A stretch of 63,635 nt of DNA from an uncultured Candidatus Obscuribacterales bacterium (GTDB taxonomy: Bacteria; Cyanobacteriota; Vampirovibrionia; Obscuribacterales; Obscuribacteraceae): contig CAZRMH010000001.1 in the NCBI GenBank assembly GCA_964600935.1, forward strand, positions 1-63,635, read 5' to 3'. The translations under genes were made by a program, and so were the position numbers. Positions 45,559 to 55,176 of this stretch are shown here, one piece after another (positions within the stretch are counted from its first letter, which is position 1; each line of letters opens with the position of its first letter). The notes beneath the pieces were generated by a model. It had not been told where the DNA came from and ran no database searches. It worked only from the letters and a program-made list of their open reading frames with translations.

Positions 45559-46786
45559 CAAATCTAGAATACTTACCTTTTTGACGGCAGCCGGCATCTG
45601 TTTCAGCTCAACGGCACATCCGTGCTCTGCGGTCAAACCTGTTCCTGCGGCGAAGAAGCCAACTGTTGCCAAAGGTGAAATCTCAGAGGCTGAATGGTCG
45701 AAGCGGTTTAATGACAAGATCAACAAAAATATCGGGAAACCGGAAGTCAAAACTTTGATTGAGACAACGGTGCTGATCAAAATCGAGAAAGACGGAAAGC
45801 TCCAGGAAGTAACTGTAGATAAGTCTTCAGGCGACGAACGATGTGATGAAGAAGCGCTCAACGCAGTGAAAAAGTCGGCTCCGTTCGGACCGATGCCAGT
45901 CGAGTATAAGGGTGGTTTGAATCTCAAATTTACTATTCGTTTTCAACCACCGGAAAAGAAAACGGACTATGAACCATACATGGGCAAGCTGCGGAGCAAG
46001 ATTAACGCCGTCTGGCGCGCGCCGGAAACGAAGACTGTGTGTCAGGTGGCGATATCGTTCGTTCTCGATAAAGAGGGGAAGATCAAAGAATCTTCAGTCA
46101 AGAAACCGTCTGGATATAAGATCGTGGATGATACCGCTCTCAGTGCCATTCGCAAAGCCGCGCCGTTTGGTCCGTTGCCAGATCAAAACCTGGAAAATTT
46201 TCCAATTGAGTACACTCTTGCAGCAGGACCACCAGGTGCGGATTTGAGACGGTATCAGTGGAACGGGGTGCCGCTGCAAAAGGCGGGCTGGCAGGTAAGC
46301 CGAAGCGGTTCAACTCTCAAACCGCTGGAGATAAACAAGACGATTGATCGAAAACTTGAAGCGCGCGAATGGGCGCTCAAAGACAAGCTGGAGTCGTTGA
46401 AGTCCTCGGTTGCTCAAACAACAGATCCGAAAAAGAGAATGAGTCTGCTAACCGAAATGGCACAGTGCTATTCCGATCTTCACAACTACGATGAAGCGTG
46501 CAAGACGCTGTCGGAAGCAGCCGCCTTAGAGAAGGAAACCAGCCCTGAAAGTGAGACCTACGGATTGATTCTGAGCCAGTTGGCGGAGAATCATAGCAAG
46601 ACGAATAAACTTCCGGAAGCGGAAAAGGAGTTCGAAGAGTCCGTCGCAATTCTGCGGAAGAATGGCGGGCATCATGCGAAGTTAGTCGAGACACTGACGA
46701 ACTACGCCAAGGTTCTCTACAAGATGAACAAGGCTAAAGAGGCGGAAGTGCTGTACAAAGAGATCCGTGAAATGAAAGTTCAATGA
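45542..46786 (+). CDS. exported protein with two TonB-C-like domains and a C-terminal TPR region
   Basis: The two domains are VLIKIEKDGKLQEVTVDKSSGDERCDEEALNAVKKSAPFGPMP and ISFVLDKEGKIKESSVKKPSGYKIVDDTALSAIRKAAPFGPLP. ATG at 45542 follows a GAGGAAAG SD. Overlaps the upstream TPR gene. Confidence 0.65.
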   Translation: MTSKFSKSRILTFLTAAGICFSSTAHPCSAVKPVPAAKKPTVAKGEISEAEWSKRFNDKINKNIGKPEVKTLIETTVLIKIEKDGKLQEVTVDKSSGDERCDEEALNAVKKSAPFGPMPVEYKGGLNLKFTIRFQPPEKKTDYEPYMGKLRSKINAVWRAPETKTVCQVAISFVLDKEGKIKESSVKKPSGYKIVDDTALSAIRKAAPFGPLPDQNLENFPIEYTLAAGPPGADLRRYQWNGVPLQKAGWQVSRSGSTLKPLEINKTIDRKLEAREWALKDKLESLKSSVAQTTDPKKRMSLLTEMAQCYSDLHNYDEACKTLSEAAALEKETSPESETYGLILSQLAENHSKTNKLPEAEKEFEESVAILRKNGGHHAKLVETLTNYAKVLYKMNKAKEAEVLYKEIREMKVQ

Positions 46787-46837
46787 GTAGTCGCATGGTC
46801 TTCTAAATGTGCGCTCTGACAATTCTGGTATCAAATA

Positions 46838-46877
46838 GAGAACTGAGACTAGCATGCCAGTCTCAGTTCTCATTTTA
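46838..46877. terminator. bidirectional terminator between convergent genes
   Basis: 13-bp perfect stem GAGAACTGAGACT / AGTCTCAGTTCTC with the 8-nt loop AGCATGCC, followed by ATTTTA. Confidence 0.75.
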
Positions 46878-46939
46878 GGGTTCGGATAAAATCTTTTGTT
46901 TAGACCTAGTCGGAGTTCATCCCTTCCGCTTGAAAGGAG

Positions 46940-47206
46940 CTATTCGGACTTCCTTCTCTTACGCGTAGTTTTAGTTTCTTTCGTCTTTTTAGTTTCTGAT
47001 TTCTCTACTGCAGGCTCATCCGCGTCAGTGGAGACTTCTGTTTTTTCCTCGGTTGTTGTTGTTTCAGTGGCTTCCGCATCCGGTGTGCTGGTCTCGGTTT
47101 CCACCTTAGTCTCAGTCGTTTTCGTGGGGTCGGATCCACCGCCACCACAGCCCGACATCAAAATAATCGCGGCGAGAGCAGTAAACAAGAAATTTCTCTT
47201 ACGCAT
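46940..47206 (-). CDS. small Thr/Glu-rich low-complexity lipoprotein with a basic tail
   Basis: MRKRNFLFTALAAIILMSGC lipobox, then a T/E/K-rich sequence ending RKRRKSE. Lies downstream of the two-component genes on the same strand. Confidence 0.6.
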   Translation of the reverse strand: MRKRNFLFTALAAIILMSGCGGGGSDPTKTTETKVETETSTPDAEATETTTTEEKTEVSTDADEPAVEKSETKKTKETKTTRKRRKSE

Positions 47207-47287
47207 TTTTCCTCCAGAGATAAGTAGAGCTGCGTGCTGCTAAAGGCTGAACGCTCGACGAGGGCACGAAGCGATCTGTAGCAGGCA

Positions 47288-48730
47288 TTATGTTCTCGAC
47301 GATGCCTTCAAAATGCTTTCGCTTTTCGATTCGGCTGAAATACCTTTAGTTTCGGAAATTGAGATTGATGGAAATGAAACCAAAACAGAACATCCCCCTC
47401 CACCGTTGGCAGAGATCGAAACCTCGGCATAGTGAGAATTGGCAACTTCTTTGACAATCGCCAATCCAAGCCCACTGCCGATACCGCGCGTTCCAGGCAC
47501 ACGGTAAAAACGTTCGAAAACTTTAGCGTGTTCTTCAACCGGAATCCCACATCCAGTGTCCGAAACAGATAGAATCACTTTCGAATCATTGGTTAACTTC
47601 ACTAAGATCTTGCCCTGCGAAGGGGTGTAGGCAATGGCATTCTCGATCAGATTGACAACGAGGTGCCGCAAACCGGCCTGTTCGCCAAAAACTAGTGGCA
47701 CCGAATTTGATGGCTCGAATGTCATCGAGATTTCCTTTCGAATGGAATTATCAACAAGCTCTGATACTATTTCTGATACCAGAAAGTTTAAATCGATGTA
47801 GCTTTTAACTCTTGTAATTGCTGAGTTCTCGCCGTCTGTTCGTGCCAAGGCGAGGAGCTGCGAAACGATTCGGCTCGACCGATCGATGCCCTGATCGATC
47901 TCCTGGACGATGTGCTTTAGATCATCGACCTCGGACATTTCGCATCCAATACTGGTGTAGGTCTTTAAACCTGCAAGCGGCGTCCGCAACTGGTGCGCCG
48001 CGTTGGCAATAAACCGCTGGTGAGCTTGCATTTCGTCACGCACTCGTTCAAACAATCGATTCAGTGCACTAACTAGTGGATAAACTTCTTCCGGTGTCCC
48101 GGCGTCAGAAAGCGCACTAAAATCATTTGGGGAGCGCTTGGTGACCTGCGATTGAACCAATCGCAGGGGCGTGAGAATTTTTTCGATACCATACCAGACA
48201 GCAAGAAAACCGAGCACGATAAAAAGCAACTGAGGAATCGCGCTGCTCAAAAGCAATTTTTGTTGGAATAATTTTCGAACATTTGTAGTCTCGGCAAATT
48301 GAACGATAACCGTCTCGCCAGGCAGTTCTTCAATTGGCGTTCGCACTTCTGTTAATCGGACATTCTTGCCGTGAACTCTAGCCGTAATGATTTGCGGAAC
48401 ACCGACAGGCAAATTTTTTGACGGAGTGGGCAGGTCGGAATCGCCTGAAATCAGTTTACCGTCCGAAGATAAAACGCGGTAGTACAGCCGGTCTGATTCA
48501 TCATGCTTTAGAATTGCCTGCGCGGCAGGCGGCAAATCGGCAACAACTTTTCCTCCTTTGATTCGCAGCCGCCCAACTACCGAGTCAGCAGAGTTGATTA
48601 AATCGCGGTCGAATGACTCACGCGAAATGGTTGATATCAGGGTGTAGTTTAAAAACGCACTGATGATCCATAGTCCAAATAAAAACGGAATAAAGAGAAT
48701 GAGTAGCTGTTTTCGAATTGAAACTCTCAC
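47288..48730 (-). CDS. two-component sensor histidine kinase (QseC/TctE-like architecture)
   Basis: Two TM segments flank a periplasmic domain. The H-box is AAHQLRTPLAGL, with N and G boxes (NLIENAIAYTP, DTGCGIP, GSGLGLAIV). Confidence 0.9.
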   Translation of the reverse strand: MRVSIRKQLLILFIPFLFGLWIISAFLNYTLISTISRESFDRDLINSADSVVGRLRIKGGKVVADLPPAAQAILKHDESDRLYYRVLSSDGKLISGDSDLPTPSKNLPVGVPQIITARVHGKNVRLTEVRTPIEELPGETVIVQFAETTNVRKLFQQKLLLSSAIPQLLFIVLGFLAVWYGIEKILTPLRLVQSQVTKRSPNDFSALSDAGTPEEVYPLVSALNRLFERVRDEMQAHQRFIANAAHQLRTPLAGLKTYTSIGCEMSEVDDLKHIVQEIDQGIDRSSRIVSQLLALARTDGENSAITRVKSYIDLNFLVSEIVSELVDNSIRKEISMTFEPSNSVPLVFGEQAGLRHLVVNLIENAIAYTPSQGKILVKLTNDSKVILSVSDTGCGIPVEEHAKVFERFYRVPGTRGIGSGLGLAIVKEVANSHYAEVSISANGGGGCSVLVSFPSISISETKGISAESKSESILKASSRT

Positions 48731-49398
48731 TCATTCCGTGCCTCCAAAACATAGCCAAATCCGCGTACTGTACTGATTTCGACGTCCGATGATTCAAGCT
48801 TCTTTCTCAAACGATGAACCGTAATTTCGACAGCATTTTCAGTTGACTCATCGGTCCAACTTGAAACTTGCTCCAAAATTTGACGTTTGCTAACGACTCG
48901 TCCGCCCTTTGCCATGAGAGTTTTCAACACGACCGCTTCTTTCGGAGTCAATGTCATCGGTTTATCGTTTAAATGAATTTCACCGCGGTTGGTGTTTAGT
49001 CGCAAGGAGCCGAATACGATTTCAATTTTATTGCGCCAGTGCGATTTCCTTAGAACAGCCCGAATTCGAGCTTCCAGCTCACGGAAATCAAACGGTTTGA
49101 CGAGATAATCATTAGCGCCCAGATCAAGTCCTTCGATGCGATCTTCCACCTGATCTCTGGCTGTGATAACAATCACAGGCAGGTCATCATCTCGCTTGCG
49201 CAGCTCGGCCAGCACTTCAGTTCCATCGACGCCTGGCAACCCCAGATCGAGAAGCATGAGGTCGTATTCGGTAGTCGTGATCGCCGCGCGTGCCTCATGA
49301 CCTGTTCTGGCAATATCTACAGTATACCGAGACCTACTCAACGCCAGGTTCAGTGCTGACGCCAGATATTCATCATCTTCTGCAAGTAATACGCGCAT
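48727..49398 (-). CDS. OmpR-family response regulator
   Basis: Receiver domain (LLDLGLPGVDG, DYLVKPF) plus a winged-helix output (VHRLRKKL...VRGFGYVL). Overlaps the kinase gene by 4 nt. Confidence 0.9.
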   Translation of the reverse strand: MRVLLAEDDEYLASALNLALSRSRYTVDIARTGHEARAAITTTEYDLMLLDLGLPGVDGTEVLAELRKRDDDLPVIVITARDQVEDRIEGLDLGANDYLVKPFDFRELEARIRAVLRKSHWRNKIEIVFGSLRLNTNRGEIHLNDKPMTLTPKEAVVLKTLMAKGGRVVSKRQILEQVSSWTDESTENAVEITVHRLRKKLESSDVEISTVRGFGYVLEARNE

Positions 49399-49485
49399 AT
49401 TGCCTCTTTTTTAGCTGTTCGAAAGCATTTCGCAAGGAGAGCCCAATAGATTGGAAGCATTACATGCGCGCTCTCGGAGACTTCT

Positions 49486-49929
49486 TTGTTTATTAGCAAA
49501 TTGACATTTGCGACTTCCTTTCCATTAGGACTGACCGCCCTATTGGTTTTAGTGTTTTGCTCTTTCAATTTCCTTTCGGAAAAGGACAAATCCGCTGAAT
49601 CGCAATATTTCGAAAGTGCTTTAGAACACTACCGGAGCGGAAACACCGCCGCAGCGATCTCAGATTTCAATAAAGTGCTTCGAACAAATCCTGATTGCTG
49701 CGCAAGCTACCGTGGTCGCGGCGATGTTTACTATGAGCTCGGCGAATACCAAAAAGCAGTAGCAGACTACTCCAAAGCGATTTCCATAAATCCACTCGAT
49801 GCTTTTGCGTACAACAGCCGAGGTTGGGCCCAGCAGCGACTGGGCAAACCACACATGGCACAACGCGATTGGAAGGTTTCTTCTCTGATTCTGAAATCCG
49901 GAGAAGCAGATCTGGACTTGATCTACTAA
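49486..49929 (+). CDS. small exported TPR protein
   Basis: 147 aa with a TTG start (uncertain), a hydrophobic N-terminus and 2-3 TPR units (YRGRGDVYYELGEYQKAVADYSKAISINP). Confidence 0.6.
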   Translation: MFISKLTFATSFPLGLTALLVLVFCSFNFLSEKDKSAESQYFESALEHYRSGNTAAAISDFNKVLRTNPDCCASYRGRGDVYYELGEYQKAVADYSKAISINPLDAFAYNSRGWAQQRLGKPHMAQRDWKVSSLILKSGEADLDLIY

Positions 49930-50091
49930 TCAGAAGTTCGCGTTCAAACACGTGAGTGAGTTATTGCTTACTTAAACAGAGTAGGTACGCATCGATCGCC
50001 GACTGTGCATTTGCACAGGATTTATTCTATCTATATAGGGGAACATTACCGTGAAGAAATCCTGAACCACAGTGAGCTCGCAGAGGCGAAA

Positions 50092-51996
50092 ATGGACAAG
50101 CCGGTCAACGACCCCAAAGCTTTAGAAGAATTGGCAACTGAACTTAAACTAGTCGAAAGTCACCCTGATAAAGACGCCACAAATGAGATAAACAACAGTT
50201 CGAACAAAGAACACTCTATTGAAAATCCCTCGAACAGTCAAAAGTCTGATGTGCCACCGACACTAACGCTGGAACAGTTTGACGAAGAAGATTTCGCACT
50301 CACGCAATCGACGCATGCTGCGCACGAAACTGTCGAGAGCATCAATGTAGAGAACTTGAACTACGCACTAGAAGTCGAGAAGAAACCGTTTCTAAGTCAG
50401 GGTCTTCGATACACAGCGATCGGTCTGGCTTTTTTGATTTTGCCCCTGATTACTTATGCAAAACTTGCAGGCATGACCATTCCAAACAGAATGATTGAAA
50501 TCATGTTGCTCGCTCAATGGTTTGCCCTTGCACCGGTGATCGGAGTAATGTTCACGGCATTCGGTCTGATGTGCATCATTGGCGGTATCAACTTCGTCAA
50601 TGCAGCCAAACGTCTGTCGTCGCAAAACGGTGAGCCCGTAACACTTGAGCTGAACTATGAAAAGAAAAAGACAAGTCTCGACGGCAGCCGAATGTTTTCA
50701 GCACAGATCAAGTATGCCGATGAACGAACAGAAAAAATAAGAATGTCCGGTTCACTCAAAGACAATTTCGATGCAATTGTCGGAACACCGCAGCGCGCAA
50801 TTTTCTACGGCACACCATTCATGATTAACTCACCAAGGGTATTGGTGACGAAATGCGGGACGCTGCTCTCACTGGCTAACGAAGTGGCGCTGCTCAGCAA
50901 CCTGAGAGGCCCCGATAATACGGTGACTGGTCCATCGATAATCGGAAATCCGTTGGTCGCAAGAGAGAAACAACTGCTCAAGGACTTTTTGACCTATGCA
51001 GTGCTTTTGGTGTTGATCAGTCTGACATTTTTCCTTAGCTCACCAACGCAAATTTGGTTTTTGCTAGCTGTATTCGGTACGGGGTTTGCCGTTCGAATCG
51101 CCTCCCTAATCGAAACCAAAATGGCAGCGAGAGCACTGCGGTATGCAGAGGGAACCGATTGTTCGGTGCGGATCACTACCACAAAATTCAGAGGTTTCAA
51201 AACAAATGTATTGAGTGTAGGCAGCACGGAGCCTACGGATATGGAACTGGACGTACTTGGTTTCAATCCATCGATGAACAGTCAGCCGTTTCAAGGCAAG
51301 CTGTACCAGAGCCCTGACGGTAAGACTTTAGCGATTGCCGGACCAGGAGTCACTTTGTTCAAAAGTCGACTTGGAAAACTATCATTGGCACCAGCAGCGG
51401 TGTACCTTTGCCTCATGCCGATCTTCTTCCAAAGCATACAAAATGTGCCGTCGAAAAAGGCACCAGTTGAATGCAAAACTGCGCAAGAGTATTACGACAA
51501 AGGCGTCGAGTACAAGACGTTGGGATGGACCGAAAAATCGAGAACTGCTCTGAACGAAGCGATCAAAATGGACACGGATGGAGCGGTGAAGAAGAAAGCG
51601 CTTCGCTACATGCACTCGAAGCTTCCTGCCAACCCGGTTACAGAAGAGGCTGAACAAATGAATATTCAAGGCTTCAATCTGACATTTAGAAAACCGGAAG
51701 AAGCAAAAGCAAAATTTGAGGAAGCGATTCGAAAGTATCCGAACTTCGAGTGGCCGCGAAGCAATCTGGCTTCGATTCTCACGGAAGAAGGGAAGCCGGA
51801 ATTAGCAGTTCCATTACTTGAGAAAGCGCTGGAGATAAATCCGCATTACACGAACGCGTTAAGACATATGGTGACGGCACAACTTAAACTAGGAAATAGA
51901 ACCGCCGCTCGTCATTATCTCGACATGGCCATAGCTTCCGATCCCGACGACAATCTGCTGAAACTGCAGCGTGTTGCTCTGGATTGTTCAATTTAA
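50092..51996 (+). CDS. polytopic membrane protein with an acidic N-terminal region and C-terminal TPR domain
   Basis: ATG at 50092 follows AGAGGCG. Has two sets of TM segments, each followed by a soluble segment, then TPR units (YYDKGVEYKTLGW..., ALEINPHYTNAL). Confidence 0.7.
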   Translation: MDKPVNDPKALEELATELKLVESHPDKDATNEINNSSNKEHSIENPSNSQKSDVPPTLTLEQFDEEDFALTQSTHAAHETVESINVENLNYALEVEKKPFLSQGLRYTAIGLAFLILPLITYAKLAGMTIPNRMIEIMLLAQWFALAPVIGVMFTAFGLMCIIGGINFVNAAKRLSSQNGEPVTLELNYEKKKTSLDGSRMFSAQIKYADERTEKIRMSGSLKDNFDAIVGTPQRAIFYGTPFMINSPRVLVTKCGTLLSLANEVALLSNLRGPDNTVTGPSIIGNPLVAREKQLLKDFLTYAVLLVLISLTFFLSSPTQIWFLLAVFGTGFAVRIASLIETKMAARALRYAEGTDCSVRITTTKFRGFKTNVLSVGSTEPTDMELDVLGFNPSMNSQPFQGKLYQSPDGKTLAIAGPGVTLFKSRLGKLSLAPAAVYLCLMPIFFQSIQNVPSKKAPVECKTAQEYYDKGVEYKTLGWTEKSRTALNEAIKMDTDGAVKKKALRYMHSKLPANPVTEEAEQMNIQGFNLTFRKPEEAKAKFEEAIRKYPNFEWPRSNLASILTEEGKPELAVPLLEKALEINPHYTNALRHMVTAQLKLGNRTAARHYLDMAIASDPDDNLLKLQRVALDCSI

Positions 51997-52131
51997 ATCG
52001 CAGTTTTCCAAAGCGGAATTTGCCAAATAGCTCAATCTTTGTTTACACCACGGTCGTGCTGTGCGCCATACAGTCACGGTTTATGACGATGTGGGGATCA
52101 CGTATTCCGCCTGAGCGGTTCTCAAGATACC

Positions 52132-53442
52132 ATGGTCCAATCCCCATGGTTACCCGCGAAAATGCAAACTCAGCCTTCCGCAGTCGGCATTGATGCCGCG
52201 CTCGAATACATCGAAAAGTACTGGAACAAAATCATCAGACACAATCCGGAAGATCAGCAGACCCTGATTGGATTGCCCTATCCGTATCTCGTGCCCGGCG
52301 ACGGCGAGATGTTCCAGGAGATGTATTACTGGGATAGTTATTTCATGTCGCTTGGGATATTAGGAAGTCCGCATGAAGACTTGATTGTCGGGATGACATA
52401 CAATCTGGCACATCTACACAGGCGCTTCGGTTTGATACCAAACGGCAGCAGGTATTATTTCCTATCCCGCAGTCAGCCTCCGTTTTTCACGAAGATGATC
52501 CGTCTTGCCTACGACGTCATGAGGAAAACAAACGAAGCCGGAGCATTGGCGTTTCTTCGCGAAATGATTCGGCTTGCTGAAGATGAGCACGAAACCGTTT
52601 GGCTCGGCAGCAAACAACCGCATCATCGCCTGATGAAGTTCGGATTATCTCGTTACTTCGACATCAATTTTCTAGACATGCTTGCTTCGTGCGAAAGTGG
52701 ATGGGATCATTCCACACGCTGTGAAGACCGATGGATGCAGCATCTTCCTATCGATCTAAACTGCATACTCTATGCAAGAGAAATGGATTTCTTCGAAGTT
52801 TTCGACCTCCTCGGCGAGCATGACAAATCTCAAAACTGGCTCGGTCGCGCCAAAGCGAGGGCTGCCACTATCAATACCTTGATGTGGGATCACGACAAAT
52901 CATTCTACTTCGATTACGACCTGGTAAGAGATTCGATTGAAACCACACCGAGCCTGGCTGGTTTCTTCCCTCTGTGGGCAGGACTTGCCACTCAATCTCA
53001 AGCGGCGCAAATTGTCGAATCATGGTTGCCGCAATTCGAATGCGATGGTGGACTGGTCACGTCACTCGACGTTCACGAAGGTCGTCAGTGGGCACACCCG
53101 AACGGTTGGGCGCCACTACAGTGGCTGATTACCGAAGGACTCGACCGCTATGGCTTCCACTATGAAGCGACCAGAGTACGAGCAAAATGGCTCAGCAACT
53201 GCCTCAACGTCTTCAACATCACTGGAGCCATGTGGGAGAAATACAATGTCGTGACACCAGGAGTGGTGCCTGAGCATGGACTCTACGGCTCCGTCCCCGG
53301 CTTCGGCTGGTCGAATGCAGTATTCGTGGACTTCTTCAAGAAGATGGAACCGCAAATAATGCAGTCAGTGAGCGTGGTTGAATCCCTGCACCCGGTTCAG
53401 ACATCACATCAGGAGATAGTGGCGTCAGCTTCCGAAGTTTGA
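52132..53442 (+). CDS. cytoplasmic alpha,alpha-trehalase (GH37)
   Basis: PGDGEMFQEMYYWDSYF matches GH37 signature 1 and QWAHPNGWAPLQ matches signature 2. No signal peptide. Confidence 0.85.
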   Translation: MVQSPWLPAKMQTQPSAVGIDAALEYIEKYWNKIIRHNPEDQQTLIGLPYPYLVPGDGEMFQEMYYWDSYFMSLGILGSPHEDLIVGMTYNLAHLHRRFGLIPNGSRYYFLSRSQPPFFTKMIRLAYDVMRKTNEAGALAFLREMIRLAEDEHETVWLGSKQPHHRLMKFGLSRYFDINFLDMLASCESGWDHSTRCEDRWMQHLPIDLNCILYAREMDFFEVFDLLGEHDKSQNWLGRAKARAATINTLMWDHDKSFYFDYDLVRDSIETTPSLAGFFPLWAGLATQSQAAQIVESWLPQFECDGGLVTSLDVHEGRQWAHPNGWAPLQWLITEGLDRYGFHYEATRVRAKWLSNCLNVFNITGAMWEKYNVVTPGVVPEHGLYGSVPGFGWSNAVFVDFFKKMEPQIMQSVSVVESLHPVQTSHQEIVASASEV

Positions 53443-53601
53443 CCTTTCAACAAAGTTCGGAACTCAAACGTATCACAGCTCAACACCATCGACTATTAGC
53501 CGTTTCGAAACGCTATTCAAAACTTGCATGCTTTGCCCCCTGCAAACTTCGACTAGTGATTTAACGCTGGCGGGGTATATTGAATCATAGTGTTTTTCAC
53601 A

Positions 53602-53623
53602 ATCCTTACCCGCAGGTAAGGAT
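53602..53623 (+). promoter_or_regulatory. 9-bp perfect hairpin in the 5' leader of the 53641 ORF
   Basis: ATCCTTACC-CGCA-GGTAAGGAT, ending 17 nt before the ATG. A TATATT -10-like hexamer lies about 25 nt upstream. Confidence 0.3.
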
Positions 53624-53640
53624 CTCCAGGTTATTACGCA

Positions 53641-54510
53641 ATGACGATTCAAGAGACGACTACGACCGACCCTTTCCAAGACCTGAAAGAGTTAGTATCA
53701 ACCCTCGACCAACCCGAACTTCAGAAGAAAGTAGATCTTGAATTTCCAGTCGCACGCGACCATCTGAAGGCTCATCGATATGATGAAGCATTCAGCTCTT
53801 TCAAGTTTCTTTTCGCCAATTCTTCGAATACTGAGTGCCCTCAGCTCAAGGCTGAGATGACGAAACTTGCAAGCCAACACAGCCAGGCGAAAACCGGAAT
53901 GAAGAAATGGCGAGACGCGCACGAGAAGCAGATATTCGCAGGCACAGCCGACACACAAGCAGTCCACGAGTGGGGCGATCTCAACGAATGCCTCGGCGAC
54001 AACGAACGCACGCTGACCGGATATCACAAGCTGAAAGACATGACGGTTTCAAAAGAGATTACTGAAGCGGTTGCCTGGAAAGTCTGGAAAGAACTGGTTC
54101 GCGTCAGGCGTTACGAGGAACTCAGCGGTTTCCTTCCCAAACTCGAATCCATGTTCGCTCGCCAAGTAGCCGATTACGACACGGAAAAGCAAAATCCGCG
54201 CCATGGAACTCCACAATTCGAGAGCGATGTATATTCACTCAAATCCTTACGCAACGAAGTTATCAGAAGTGGAGCGCCTGTCTATGAGCTGGCTCTGGCG
54301 TTAGATAAACCTGAAGTTGCTAACAGGGTGTTCGAGCAAGTCACCACATTCGATACTAGCGACTATTTCTATGCGACCTTCATAACTTCTGCAATCAGAG
54401 CCGGCGCAGACGATGAAGCCGGCGAAATTTTCGAGAAAGCGAAAGCCACTAATGATTTGTTTACTCTGAAAGAAACAGTCAATGCTATGCGAAAGGCGAA
54501 AATCCGATGA
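53641..54510 (+). CDS. hypothetical helical protein
   Basis: 289 aa with protein-like composition. No recognised motif and no signal peptide. Confidence 0.5.
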   Translation: MTIQETTTTDPFQDLKELVSTLDQPELQKKVDLEFPVARDHLKAHRYDEAFSSFKFLFANSSNTECPQLKAEMTKLASQHSQAKTGMKKWRDAHEKQIFAGTADTQAVHEWGDLNECLGDNERTLTGYHKLKDMTVSKEITEAVAWKVWKELVRVRRYEELSGFLPKLESMFARQVADYDTEKQNPRHGTPQFESDVYSLKSLRNEVIRSGAPVYELALALDKPEVANRVFEQVTTFDTSDYFYATFITSAIRAGADDEAGEIFEKAKATNDLFTLKETVNAMRKAKIR

Positions 54511-54632
54511 CTAGGCTCAATCGATTGGCCAAAAACTTAGTCATTTAGTCGAATTATTCAATCGTTTAGTCCAGAGGCAGATATTGGACGCAAAACGGTC
54601 TCGATTTTTCGCGTCCCACACACACAGCAGAA

Positions 54633-54661
54633 ATCCGCCCGGTCATTACAACAGGGCGGAT
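54633..54661 (-). terminator. terminator-like hairpin downstream of the Nfu gene
   Basis: ATCCGCCC / GGGCGGAT 8-bp stem with a 13-nt loop. On the minus strand it is followed by TTCTGCTGTG. Confidence 0.5.
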
Positions 54662-54683
54662 CTTCGACGAAGTTTCGTCAGTT

Positions 54684-54926
54684 TTAGACTTGGATTACGC
54701 GCTTGATTTCTGGCAGCGCTTCTTTGATTGCGCGCTCAACGCCCATTTTCAGGGTCATTGTCGAGCTTGGGCACATTCCGCAAGCGCCCAGGAGGTGGAC
54801 GAATACTTCGCCATCCTTGACTTCGATGAGCTCGATATTGCCGCCATCAGCCATAAGCATAGGGCGAAGCTTTTCGAGAATTTCTTCTACTTGGGCGTGT
54901 AAGCCTTCTTTAACTTGTTCTGTCAT
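54684..54926 (-). CDS. NifU C-terminal-domain (Nfu-type) Fe-S cluster carrier
   Basis: 80 aa with ADGGNIELIEV.DG.V.V.L.GACGMCPSS.MTLK. Confidence 0.85.
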   Translation of the reverse strand: MTEQVKEGLHAQVEEILEKLRPMLMADGGNIELIEVKDGEVFVHLLGACGMCPSSTMTLKMGVERAIKEALPEIKRVIQV

Positions 54927-55176
54927 GACAAAAAATGCCTCTTAAACGTCAGTCAACCGGTAGTCAAGACCGACCTCAACTATAAGCCTTATTATCGCGC
55001 ACATCCATATATTTCGGAAAAACAACAAAATGTCTTAACGCCAGATAAAGAAATACGGGTTTTGACATACATAGGATATGCTTTCCCTGAGCCTGTAGTC
55101 TGAGTTTGTGCGGTTTTATAAATCGCCTCCGCCTGACTGACCAGTGCATAGCCACGCGAAGGAGCATAAAAACCTA

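Noticed and set aside
46896-47243. 115-aa + strand ORF.
   Set aside because: It is the antisense shadow of the low-complexity T/E-rich lipoprotein gene. Its sequence is V/S/F-rich with no start context.
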